A stretch of 64,000 bases of DNA from Felis catus (Eukaryota), in the NCBI RefSeq assembly GCF_018350175.1, contig NC_058368.1:49415815-49479814 (forward strand), written 5' to 3'. The position numbers and the translations under genes were made by a program. A model generated the notes under the pieces. That model saw only the letters and a list, made by a program, of their open reading frames with translations, searched no databases and was not told the DNA's origin. How positions within the stretch are numbered: position 1 is the first letter of the stretch; the number at the start of each line of letters is the position of its first letter. This document shows, piece after piece, positions 1 to 11,185 of the stretch.

Positions 1-634
1 GACCAAATGATACTCAAAGGTTTTCCTATTCAAAGAAGAGTGGTGTTGGCTCCCTTGATACTACTTCAAGTTCTCGTTGAAGCCACTAACTCTTAGGGCA
101 TTTAAAACCCTTCATTTTCTTCTTTGCTATCCCTTCGCAAACTTGTGCCCACCTAGGGTAGAAACTCTTAGGTACTCTTCACTATATAAAGGACCTAGTC
201 ACCAAAGATGGCATTTCATCAACTATAAGCCAAAATTCTGGGATCTTTGGTCATTTTTACTATGCTGTCTCAGTGTACTTCTACAAGCTCATGGTCACAT
301 AATGTCTTTTTCAGATTTTATGTTATCTTTAAATGTAGCTAGGACAGACAAAAGACACAAGTAGATAGTTTGTAAAAGAATTAAGACTAAGAAATACCCT
401 AATTTTTTTCCCTAATTTTTTGCCCTACCAGTAATCAAATTGAAAGAATGAGATACCATTTTGTGAGTATTTAACTGGCCAAAATTTTAAGTTATAGCAA
501 TGCTTATCAGGAGGCAAAATAATATAGAAGTTAGAATGGAGACTCTGTAGCCTTATTGGTCTGTATTTGAATTTTCAACCCATCATGTGCCAGTTTTTAT
601 TTAAAATCATTAAGTATTTAAATCTTAGTTTCCT

Positions 635-2885
635 ATGATGTTTAAGTATGTTCCTTCTATCCTGACTTTAAGGGCTTTCATCAAGAAAGGATGCTGTATT
701 GTGTCAAATGCTTTTTCTGCATCATAGAAGCCATTTATGAAAAGCCCACAGCTAATATCACCCTCAATGGGGAAAAACTGAGAGCTTTCCCTCTGAGATC
801 AGGAACATGACAGGGATGTCCACTCTCACAGTTGTTGTTTAACATAGTGTTGGAATTTCTAGCATCAGCAATCAGACAACAAAATGAAATAAGAGGCATC
901 AAAATTGGCAAAGATGAAGTCAAACTTTCACTTTTCACAGACGACATGATACTCTAGATGGAAAACCTGACAGACTCCACTAAAAGTCTGAGAGAATTGA
1001 TATCTGAATTTGGCAAAGTCGCAGGGTACAAAATTAATGTAAATAAATCAGTTGCATTTTGTACACCAATAATGAAGCAACAGGAAGAGAAATAAAGAAA
1101 TTGATCCCATTCACAATTGCAACAAGAACCATAAAATACCTAGGAATAAACCTAACCAAAGAGGTAAAAGATCTGTATGCTGAAAACTATAGAAAGCTTC
1201 TGAAGGAAATTGAAGAAGACACAAAAAAATGGAAAAATATTCCATACTCATGGATTGGAAGAATAAGTATTGTTAAAATGTCAATACTACCTAAAGCAAT
1301 CGACACATTCAATGCAATCCCAATCAAAATTGCACCATCATTCTTCTTAAAGCTAGAACAAACAATCCTAAAATTTGTATGGAACCACAAAAGACCCCGA
1401 ATAGCCAAAGTAATGTTGAAAAAGAAAACCAAACTGGGAGGCACCGCAATCCCAGACTTTAGCCTCTACTACAAAGCTATAATCATCAAGACAGTGTGGT
1501 ATTGGCATAAAAATGGACACATAGACCAATGGAATAGAATAGAGACTCCAGAAGTTGACCCACAAATGTATGGCCAACCAATCTTTGACAAAGCAGGAAA
1601 GAATATACAGTGGAAACAAGACAGTCTCTTTTAACAAATGGTGCTGGGAGAACTGGACAGCAACATGCAGAAGAATGAAACTAGACCACTTTCTTACACC
1701 ATACACACAAATAAACTCAAAATGGATAAAGGACCTGAATGTGAGACAGGAAACCATCAAAACCCTAGAGGAGAAAGCAGGAAAAGACCTTTCTGACCTC
1801 AGCCACAGCAATTTCTTACTTGACACATCTCCAAAGGCAAGGGAATTAAACACAAAAATGAATTATTGGGACCTCGTGAAGATAAAAAGCTTCTGCACTG
1901 CAAAGGAAACAATCAACAAAACTAAAAGGCAACCAACAGAATGGGAAAAGATATTTGCAAATGACCTATCAGAAAAAGGGCTAGTATCCAAAATCTATAA
2001 AGAGCTCACCAAACTCCACACCTGAAAAAACAAATAATCCAGTGAAGAAATGAGCAGAAAACATGAGTAGACATTTCTCCAAAGAAGACATCCAGATGGC
2101 CAAAAGGCACATGAAAAGATGCTCAACGTCACTCATCATCAGGGAAATACAAATCAAAACCACACTCAGATAGCACCTCACGCCAGTCAGAGTGGCTAAA
2201 ATGAACAAATCAGGAGACTATAGATGCTGGTGAGGATGTGGAGAAATGGGAACCCTCTTGTTCTGTTGGTGGGAATGCAAACTGGTGCAGCCACTCTGAA
2301 AAGCAGTGAGGAGATTCCTCAAAAAATTAAAAATAGAACTACCCTATGACCCAACAACAGCACTCCTAGGAATTTCCCCAAGGGATTCAGGAGTGCTGAT
2401 GCATAGGGACACACGTACCCCAACGTTTATAGCAGCACTTTCAACAATCGCCAAATTATGGAAAGAGCCTAAGTGTCCATCAACTGACGAATGGATAAAG
2501 ATGTGGTTTAAATATACAATGGAATACTTGGCAATGAGAAAGAAAGAAATCTGGCCATTTGCAGCAATGTGAATGGAACTGGAGGGCAATATGCTCAGTG
2601 AAATAAGTCAGGCAGAGAAAGACAAATACCATATGTTTTCAGTCATATGTGGATTGAGAAACTTAACAGAAGACCATGGGGGAGGGGAAGGGGGGAAATA
2701 AAGTTACAGAGAAGGAGGGAGGCAAACCATAAGAGACTCTTAAGGACTGAGAAAAAACTGAGGGTTGATGGGGGGGGTGGGGGAGAGGGGAAAGTGGATG
2801 ATGGGCATGGAGGAGGGTATCTGGGTGCACTGGGTGTTGTATGGAAACCAATTTGACAATAAGTTATATTAAAAAAACAAAACAA
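635..2885 (+). mobile_element. 5'-truncated felid-type L1 with a 5' inversion (635-723 minus, ~721-2885 plus)
   Basis: Contains ORF2 RT and C-terminal peptides (ORFs 1059-1634, 1555-2025, 2306-2572), a G-rich 3'UTR, a polyA signal-like 'aataag' and an A tail. TSD tagtttcct at 626-634 and 3128-3136. Confidence 0.95.
724..2650 (+). pseudogene. Disrupted L1 ORF2 (RT and C-terminal part)
   Basis: The RT catalytic motif region reads SLFTDDMIL* (~928-957). [10 protein letters not shown] and WYWHKN motifs are present, with stops and frameshifts. Confidence 0.9.
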
Positions 2886-3105
2886 GGGGTGCCTGGGTGG
2901 CGCAGTCGGTTAAGCGTCTGACTTCAGCCAGGTCACGATCGCACGGTCTGGGAGTTCGAGCCCCACGTCAGGCTCTGGGCTGATGGCTCAGAGCCTGGAG
3001 CCTGTTTCCGATTCTGTGTCTCCCTCTCTCTCTGCCCCTCCCCCGTTCATGCTCTGTCTCTCTCTGTCCCAAAAATAAATAAAAACGTTGAAAAAAAAAA
3101 AAAAA
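2886..3105 (+). mobile_element. CanSINE (SINEC_Fc, young type) inserted in the L1 poly(A) tail
   Basis: tRNA-derived head ggggtgcctgggtggcgcagtcggttaagcg, CT-rich body, tail 'aaaaacgttgaaaa', flanked by aaaaaacaaaa. Confidence 0.95.
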
Positions 3106-4330
3106 ACAAAAAACAAAAAACAAAACATAGTTTCCTCATCTCTAAAATAAACCTAGTAGTCCTACCCCACCATTCTAAGGACTGAAGCAGTTAGTATTTG
3201 TGAACATGCATAGAACAGTGTTAATGTGTCTGGGACATATTAACGCTTCCATAAATGTTAGCTATCAGTGTAAGTAGGAATTTCTATAAATTGGCACATG
3301 CTTTCTAAGAAATAATTTATTCCATATGTATCAAGAGCAAAAAGAGTACTTAAGTTTTTCATTTACTAATTTCCCTCTAGGAAAACTAGGCCAACAAAAT
3401 AGTCATTAATTCAAACGTTTATGTACAACGATTTTTCTTTATATAAAAGCAAAAAGTTTTGATAAATTGGAAGCCAGTTAAACATCCAACTATTAGAAAA
3501 AAATAGAAATCAAAAAAATTATGTCAAGTATAATAGACTTTTCTTAAATGCAATTAAAATAATATGGAACATCTACTATAGGCCAAGGTAGAAAAATAAG
3601 GACTTAATTTAACTTCCTGCCTTATGTAACTAGAAAACTGGATGAAATAAATGAAGAATACATTTTAAACATTGGATAATAGATCAGGATTGGGATTTCT
3701 GAGAAGATGGAAATAGATGAGGTTAAAGCATACAGTTGCCCCGAGTTACCCAGAAGCAATTTCCAGGCTGTAGTGCTGTGAGGAGGAACTCAAAAGAACC
3801 ACACTTTTTGATGAGTGAAATCCAGTATCAGAAAAGGAGCTGCATGTAAGGAGAGCTCTGGAGATCCGCAGAGGAATCCTTTCAAATCTTTGGCTTCGTA
3901 CTGAATTACACATGTGAGAGGAAATCTTGAGACTAGGAAAAGTACCAGCGGAATTCCTTACACAAGACTTTTGGAATACCACAAGTCAGAACGGAAAGAT
4001 GTGAAAATGCGTGGAGCATTGGGTAGAGTTGTCAAAATGCTGCTTTAGAAATGGGAGTGTGTTAGCCCCAAAGAAAAGATGTCTTTATTCCTTCCCTGAA
4101 AAAGTCGTTTTTAAGCCTTTAAGCTTAACTAATTTCCAAGTAACTTAACTGTATACCATAACCAAAAAAAAAAAAAAAAAAAATCACAATGTGCAAAGTA
4201 GTACAACAAAATTAATAGACAAAGAAATTAATGCAATTTTGTAAATATGCTTCCTATATTTAAGATCTAGAGTGAACTAAGAATATAAAATGAAAAAAAT
4301 CCAAATATAGCTTAAGATATACAGTATCTA

Positions 4331-4536
4331 GGGGCACCTGGATGGCTCAGTCAGTTAAGCATCCAACTTCGGCTCAGGTCATGATTTCACAGTTTGTGAG
4401 TTCGAGTCCTGTGTTGGGTTCTGTGCTGAAGCTCAGAGCCTGGAGCCTGCTTTGGATTCTGTCTCCCTCTCTCTGCTCCTCCCCCACTCATGCTCTCTTG
4501 CTCTCTCTCTCTCAAAAATAAATACATATAAAAAAG
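4331..4536 (+). mobile_element. CanSINE
   Basis: Head, body and tail present. 17-bp TSD aagatatacagtatcta at 4314-4330 and 4537-4553. Confidence 0.95.
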
Positions 4537-4785
4537 AAGATATACAGTATCTAAAAAAATTTTAAAGGAAGACAATGAAGAAATCTTTAGTGACATGAAC
4601 ATAGAGTGGTAAAAACTATTCAAGAAAGAAAAAAATGAACACAACATCAGTTAGCTTGTGGAACACCACCAAGTCTATCATACATGAAATTGGAGTCCCA
4701 AAAATTGAAAAAAGGCTAGGGAAGGGGAACTGCCAACAGAAATATTTGAAGAAATAGGGGCCAAAGTATCTCCAAGTTTGATTTT

Positions 4786-5003
4786 TTTAGCAATTTTTTT
4801 TTAACGTTTATTTATTTTTGAGACAGGGAGAGACAGCATGAACGGGGGAGGGTCAGAGAAAGAGGGAGACACAGAATCAGAAACAGGCTCCAGGCTCTGA
4901 GCTGTCAGCACAGAGCCTGATTCGGGGCTCAAACTCACGGACAGCGAGATCATGACCTGAGCCGAAGTCGGATGCTTAACTGACTGAGCCACCCAGGCGC
5001 CCC
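4786..5003 (-). mobile_element. CanSINE
   Basis: Ends in acccaggcgcccc. 17-bp TSD tctccaagtttgatttt at 4769-4785 and 5004-5020. Confidence 0.95.
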
Positions 5004-5067
5004 TCTCCAAGTTTGATTTTAAAAATTCACAGGTGCGAAAAGCTCAAACATGAAAATAAATCATCTT

Positions 5068-5272
5068 TTTAAAAAAATATTAAAAATTTTTTAATGTTGA
5101 TTTATTTTTGAGAGAGACAGACAGAATGCAAGTGGGTTAGGGGCAGAGAGAGAGGGAGACACAGAATCTGAAGCAGGCTCCAGGCTCTGAGCTGTCAGCA
5201 CCAGAGCCCGATGCAGGGTTCGAACCTGAGCCAAAGTTGGCCACTTAACTGACTGAGCCACCCAGGTGCTCC
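5068..5272 (-). mobile_element. CanSINE with a small internal deletion
   Basis: SINE body lacking ~20 bp relative to neighbouring copies. Degenerate TSD tgaaaataaatcatctt / tgaaaatgaataatctt. Confidence 0.9.
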
Positions 5273-5489
5273 TGAAAATGAATAATCTTAAAGTAAATTA
5301 TATAAGTTTTGTAATTATTATATAATATTTTTACAATTAACAATTATATAATAAAATTGGTGAAAGCCAGTAATAAAGAAAATCTTAAAAGAAATCAAAG
5401 GAACAAAAGTAAAACAACAGTGGACTACAGGTCATAAACGATAAAAACAGGCGAAAGGCAGAGACACATCTTTAAAGTATATAAATAAA

Positions 5490-5675
5490 GGGTCACCTGG
5501 GAGGTTCAGTTGGTTGAGCGTCTGACTTCAGCTCAGGTCATGATCTCACAGTTCATGAGTTTGAGCCCCACATTGGGTTCGCTGCTGACAGCACAGAGCC
5601 TGCTTTGGCTCCTCTGACCCCTTCTCTCTGCCCCTCCCCAGCTTGTACTCTCTAAAAATAAATAAGCCAATGAAA
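5490..5675 (+). mobile_element. CanSINE
   Basis: SINE head and body, flanked by tttaaagtatataa on both sides. Confidence 0.9.
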
Positions 5676-5694
5676 CATTTAAAGTATATAAGTA

Positions 5695-6564
5695 AAAACA
5701 ACAGGTGTTAGCAAGGATATGGAGAAATTGGAACCCCAACACACTGTTGGTAGGAATACAAAATTGTGTAGCCACTATGGAAAGCAGTATAGAAATTCTT
5801 CAAAAACCTGTAACTAGAATTGCCATATGATCTGGCAATACCACTTCTGGGTATATATATCCAAAATAATTGAAATTGGGATTCTGAAAACCTATTAGCG
5901 CTCACAGGTTCACTGCAGCACTATTTACAATAGCCAAGATATGGAAACAAGCTAAGTGTCCATTCACAAGTGAATGGATACAGAAGAAAATACATTGGAA
6001 TACTCTTCAGCTAAGAAACATTGCAATAAGTAACTCCACAGATGAACTGGAGGAGTTTACAGTAAGTGAAATAAGAACAGACATAAACAGAGGCACATGG
6101 TGGCTCATTTCAATGAGCACCTGCTCTTGATTTAGGCACAGGTCATTATTTCACAGTTCAGGAGTTCAAGCCCCAAGATGGGTTCTTTGCTGATGGTGTG
6201 GAGCCTGCTTGGAATTCCCTCTCTCCCCCTCTCTCTCTGATCCTCCTCCACTCATGCTCTCTCCCCCAAAATAAATAAAAACTTAATTATTTAAAAGAAT
6301 GATGTCAACAAGTACTGCATGATTCCCCATAGGATTTATTAAAACCATAAAATTAACAGAATCAAAGAGTGGAATAGTGATTACAAGTGGCTAGGATGAG
6401 GGAGAAATGGTGAGGTACTAATCATTGGCATAAAATTTCAGTTAAACAAGATGAATAAGCTCTTGAGATCTGTGATACAACATTGTCCCTACAGTCAACA
6501 ATAAATAATATATTGCACATTTAAAAATTTGTCAAGAGGGTGGATCTCATGCTGGGTGTTCTTT
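5695..6564 (+). mobile_element. L1 3' fragment (L1MA-like); its tail resumes at ~7486-7520
   Basis: ORF2 C-terminal remnant plus an L1MA-type 3'UTR 'aaaatttcagttaaacaagatgaataagctc...gagggtggatctcatg'. Confidence 0.8.
6090..6283 (+). mobile_element. Older CanSINE nested in L1
   Basis: Diverged head gaggcacatggtggctc, 'cttgatttag', CT-rich body, aaaataaataaa tail. Confidence 0.85.
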
Positions 6565-7485
6565 TTTTATTATTATTATGAAATTTATTGTCAAATTGGT
6601 TTCCATACAACAACCAGTGCTCATCCCAACAGGTGCCCTCAATACCCATCCACCATCCACCCTTCCCTCCAACCCCCTATAAACCCTCAGTTTATTCTCA
6701 GTTTTTAGGAGTCTCTTATGTTTTGGCTCCCTCCCTCTCTAACCATTTTTTTTCTTCCCCTCCCCCATGGTCTTCTGTTAAGTTTTTCAGGATCCACATA
6801 GGAGTGAAAACATATGGAATCTGTCCTTCTCTGTATGACTTATGCTAAGTGAAATAACACTCTCCAGTTCCATCCATGTTGCTACAAAAAGCCATATTTC
6901 ATTCTTTCTCATTGCCATATAGAATTCCATTGTGTATATAAACCACAATTTCTTTATCCATTCATCAGTTGATGGACATTTAGGCTCTTTCCATAATTTG
7001 GCTCTTGTTGAAAGTGCTGCTATAGCACATTGGGGTACAAGTGCCCCTATGCATCAGTACTCCTGTATCCCTTGGGTAAATTCCTAGCAGTGTTATTGCT
7101 GGGTCATAGGGCAGATCTATTTTTAATTTTTTGAGGAACCTCCACACTGTTTTCCAGAGCAGCTGCACCAGTTTGCATTCCCACCAACAGTGCAAGAGGG
7201 TTCCCGTTTCTCCACATCCTCTCCAGCATCTACAGTCTGCTGTTTTGTTCATTTTAGCCACTCTGACTGGCATGAGGTGCTATCTGAGTGTGGTTTTGAT
7301 TTGTATTTCCCTGATGAGGAGCGACATTGAGCATCTTTTCCTGTGCCTGTTGGCCATCTGGATGTCTTCTTTAGAGAAGTGTATATTCATGTTTTCTGCC
7401 CATTTCTTCACTGGATTATTTGATTTTTGGGTGTGGAGTTAGGTGAGCTCTTTATAGATTTTGGATACTAGCCCTTTATCCTATA
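6565..7485 (-). mobile_element. 5'-truncated felid L1 (~920 bp)
   Basis: Homologous in reverse complement to ~1965-2875, with ORF2 C-terminal peptide (ORF 6980-7273). 12-bp TSD tgggtgttcttt at 6553-6564 and 7486-7497. Confidence 0.95.
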
Positions 7486-7576
7486 TGGGTGTTCTTTCTG
7501 AATAACACTAAGAAGAAAAAAGTGATCTAGAACTCTGTACCCAGGAAAAGTGTGTTTCAAAATTGAAGGTGACATG

Positions 7577-8466
7577 GTGCCTACAAGAAACTCACTTCAG
7601 ATGTAGAGACACATGCAGACTAAAAGTGAAAGAATGGAAACATTTACCATGAATTGGGATCAGAAACAAAACTGGGGTAGCAATACTTCTAACAGACAAA
7701 AGAGACTTTAAAATAAAGACTATAACAAAAAACAAAGAAGGACACTAAATAAGGATAAATGGAGCAATCCAAAAAGAGTATATAACAACTGTAAATTACA
7801 CCCCACATGGGAGTACCCCAATACATAAAACAACTGAGGAAAAAATACTAATACAATAGTAGTACAGGACTTAAACACACTTTTATCAATGAATAGAGCA
7901 TCCAGACAGGAAAAAAAAAAAACTTGGAATCAGTAAATGGCTTTGAAAGATACAATGTATTAGATGACACCATGAGATGCTCAGAACATTTCGTTGAAAA
8001 ACAGTAGAATATACACTCATTTCAAGTGTATATCGAACATTCTCCCAAACGATCACGTTAGGCCACAAAACAAGTCTCAATAAATTCAAAAAGATTGAAA
8101 TCATATCATGATGTATCTTCTCCCACCACAGCAGTATGAAACTAGAAATCAAGAAAATCTTGATTTTCCCAAGAAAAAATCTGAGAAAAGCACAAATACT
8201 GTACATAGAAACTAAACAACATGCTGCTAAAGCAATGGATGGGTGAACCACAAAACACATCCAGACAAAAATGAGAAAACTAGTCCAAAAATCTTTGGAA
8301 TGCAGTAAAGGCTGTTCAAAGAGGAAAGATTTTAACAATACAAATCTAACTCAAGAAGAAAGAAAAAACTCAAATAATCTACCCTCATACCTAAAGGAGC
8401 TAGGAAAAATAACAACAAACAAAACCCAAAGCCAGTAGAAGGAAGAAAATAAAGATTAGAGCAGAA
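7577..8466 (+). mobile_element. Degenerate L1 ORF2 endonuclease-region fragment (older element)
   Basis: Colinear with ~11295-12187: 'gcctacaagaaactcacttcaga', 'aagaaggacacta', 'ggccacaaaacaagtctcaataaattcaaaaagattgaaatc', 'aaagattagagcagaa'. Confidence 0.85.
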
Positions 8467-8477
8467 GGGGGAGTAGC

Positions 8478-8486
8478 CAAGATGGC
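8478..8486 (+). promoter_or_regulatory. YY1-binding motif of the L1 internal promoter
   Basis: CAAGATGGC ~12 nt from the L1 5' end, the canonical position in mammalian L1s. Confidence 0.7.
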
Positions 8487-9560
8487 AGTACAGCATGGAT
8501 GTCTTTTTTGCATCTCAGGTCCATGAAATACAGCCAGACCAACACTAAACCATCCTGCACACCTAGAAAACTGATCTGAGGATTAACACAACAATGTGCA
8601 CAATCTGAACCACAGAATTCAGCAGGTACGCAGTATGGAGAGGTTAACTTGGGGACAGAAGCCATGGAGGTCAGGGAGCCACTTTTGTGTGTGGAGAGAG
8701 AATCCGGGGGGGGGGTTAGTATGGGAATATCACCCCCCCAAAAGCACCCGGAGAGAAAGTGGAAGAGTGGAAACAGCCCCAGAGACTGAAATAAAAAGGG
8801 AAAAGGATAAAGAGGATTTAAATTCCATTAAGGCTCTATAAACAAGGGGAGCACAGACTCAAACTCTGCAGCTCCATACCTGACAGTGCTCTGCTGAGAA
8901 GGACAAATCTCCAGGAACAGAGTTAAGTCTGGGGGTCTTTGGGCCACACAGAGAAAGGTGGTTCCCCTGCTGGGAGGACATCTGGTAGAGGCTGTGTGGC
9001 GACCAAGCCCCAGCAGACCCCAGAGAACAACCACGTTTGCTGGTGCTGGAACAAGGTTGTTAAGCGTGAAGCCTGGTGCTAGATGTGTGTTGTGATTTTC
9101 CATAATCCCTGAAAAGGTGCTGCTATATAATTGCATGAACTTTCTCTGGGGCAGACTGGCACCTAGCTGCAGTCTCTGGGCATTGGCAGCAGCATGGTCC
9201 TGTGAATGTTCTTGGGTGTGGTCAGCACCTGGCCATTGCTCAGTGAGATCCTCCCCCAGAGGGTCTGAGTCGGTCAAAGCCACAGTCCCCCAGAAGTGAG
9301 GGGTCAGGAAACACAGACACATCTGAGATGAAACTCAGGAAGGAGGTGCCACCTGGCAACCTGATAGCTTGGTCACTGGCAGTGTAAAAGCAGGGACTGG
9401 ACAGAAGCCTGAGACAAAGGACAGGTGCATGATTGCTGATCAGGGAGAACACCGCTCTGATACTAGAGACTGGGTAGCTGGGTAATGCCATTTTTACCCC
9501 TCCTGTGCATGCGCATAAACACCTACAGGCACCACAACAATCCACCCCAGTAAGCTAAGC

Positions 9561-9575
9561 AGTGCCATCTAGTGG
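9561..9575 (-). promoter_or_regulatory. CTCF core motif match in the L1 5'UTR
   Basis: Minus strand reads CCACTAGATGGCACT, matching CCASYAGRKGGCRS. Confidence 0.5.
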
Positions 9576-10123
9576 AGAACAGAGCCATTCCACTAAGCCC
9601 CACCCAGCTGGGCCAACCTCGCTCTTCAGGAACACAAGTCTCTCCGCCTGCTTAGTTTATGAACTATAAAGCACCTCATAGTTTAACTCCTAGGAGCAAA
9701 CGAAGTAATTTCAGTCATGTTTCAGTCCGTTTACTAGTCCATCTATTCAATTTTCTTTGTTTTCTCCTTTTTCCTTTTCTTGAATACAGAAAGAAAAAAA
9801 ATAATTTTCAATTTTTATTAAAGTATTTTTATTTTTCCACTATATTTTACATTTTTGTAAACTATTCAAGTGCTGTTTTACTTCCATCATTCCATTTTAT
9901 TCTCTATCATTGTATTCATTTTTTTCACATTTTCAAACATTTTTTTTTATTTTCTCTTTTTTCTCCCCCTCCTTTTAACTCTAATCTATCAAGCTTATTT
10001 CAACAGCGAGATTGAAACACACCTAGGATCTAACATCATTTATTTTATTTGTGTGTGTGTGTTTGTGTTGTTTCTAATTTTTTAATTTTTTTTTACCTTA
10101 TTAATTGCTTTCCTTCCTTCAAA

Positions 10124-11010
10124 AGGAAGAAACAAAGGAATTCACCCCAAAAGAAAGAGCAGGAAGAAACGACAGCCAGGAACTTACTTAATCAACACAG
10201 ATAGAAGCAAGATGTCTGAACCAGAATTTAGAATCATGATAATAATAATATTAGCTGGGGTCTAAAATAGATGAGAATCCCCTTCTGTGGAGATAACACA
10301 AGTAAAAGCTAGTCAGGATGAAATAAAAAAATGTTATAACTGAGCTGCAACCTCAAATGGATGCTCCAGTGGCAAGAATGAATGAAACAGAGCAGTTAAT
10401 CAGCGCTACAGAGGGCAAACTTACAGAGAACAATGAAGCAGATAAAAAGAGGAAGACTAAGGCAAAAGAACACAACTTAAGATTTAGAGAAATCAGGGAC
10501 TCATTAAAAAGGAACAACATCAGAACCATAGGGGTCCCAGAAGATGAAAAGAGAAAAAGGGGTAGAAGGGTTATGTAAGCAAATCATAGTGGAAAACTTC
10601 CCTAATCTGGGCAAAGACACAGACATCAAAATCCACGAAGTACAGAGGACTCCCATTAGATTCAACAAAAACCGACCATCAACAAGGCATATTGTAGTCA
10701 AATTCACAAAATACCCAGGCAAGGAAAGAACCATGAAAGCAACAAGGGAAAAAAAGTCCTTAACCTACAAGGGAAGATACATCAACTTTGCAGCAGACCT
10801 ATCCACAGAAACTTAGCAGGCTAGAAAGGAGTGGAAGGATATATTCAATGTGCTGAATTGGATAAAAATATGCAGCCAAGAATTCTTTACCCAGCAAGGC
10901 TGTCATTCAAAACAGAAGGAGAGATTAAAAGTCTCCCAGAAAAACAAAAGTTAAAGGAGTTTGTGACCACTAAACCAGCCATGCAAGAAATTTTAAGGGG
11001 GACTCTCTGA
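10124..11010 (+). pseudogene. L1 ORF1p (RNA-binding/chaperone), disrupted
   Basis: Fragments RNNIRTIGVPE, ENFPNLGKD, RHIVVKF and ADLSTET in ORFs 10357-10578 and 10544-10816. Stop TGA at 11008-11010. The start position is inferred (ATG apparently mutated). Confidence 0.9.
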
Positions 11011-11024
11011 GGGGAGACAAGATG

Positions 11025-11118
11025 AGAGAGACAGAGAGACAGAGAGACAGAGAGACAGAGAGACAGAGAGACAGAGAGACAGAGAGACAGAGAGACAGAG
11101 AGACAGAGAGACAGAGAC
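11025..11118 (+). repeat. (AGAGAGAC)11 plus a partial unit in the L1 inter-ORF spacer
   Basis: Perfect octamer array read directly. Confidence 0.95.
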
Positions 11119-11185
11119 CAAAAGCAACAAAGACTAGAAAGGACCAGAGAACACCACCAGAAACTCCAACCCTACAATAAAATTA

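Larger units (their letters stand above)
510..3265 (+). mobile_element. MIR SINE split by the L1 insertion (left part ~510-634, right part ~3137-3265)
   Basis: Joining the flanks gives the MIR core-like text 'cttagtttcct|catctctaaaataa...catagaacagtg...ataaatgttagctat'. Confidence 0.7.
3570..5485 (+). mobile_element. Ancient L1M (L1ME-like) 5' region and degenerate ORF1, interrupted by SINEs
   Basis: Resembles old L1M 5' ends ('gagctgcatgtaaggagagctctggagatccgcagagg'). ORF1-like remnants include 'attggagtcccaaaa' and 'aaatatttgaagaaatagggg'. It appears to resume at ~7515-7575 and ~14857-16480. Confidence 0.6.

Noticed and set aside
77..364. 95-aa ORF at the window start
   Set aside because: Non-ATG start, no recognisable domain and no splice context.
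2762..2800. G-quadruplex-capable tract
   Set aside because: It is a standard feature of L1 3'UTRs and is not novel.
2886..2960. tRNA gene-like A and B boxes, here and in other SINE heads
   Set aside because: These are tRNA-derived CanSINE heads followed by a SINE body and tail, not tRNA genes.
4801..5010. Recurrent short ORFs containing GAWVAQSVK (also at 14881, 21177, 30479, 58635 and others)
   Set aside because: They are SINE read-through, not a gene family.
7886..9545. Minus-strand ORFs of 150, 164 and 101 aa (possible ORF0-like product)
   Set aside because: They are antisense to L1 sequence, mostly have non-ATG starts and show no recognisable domain. ORF0 is described in primate L1s and nothing here supports an equivalent.
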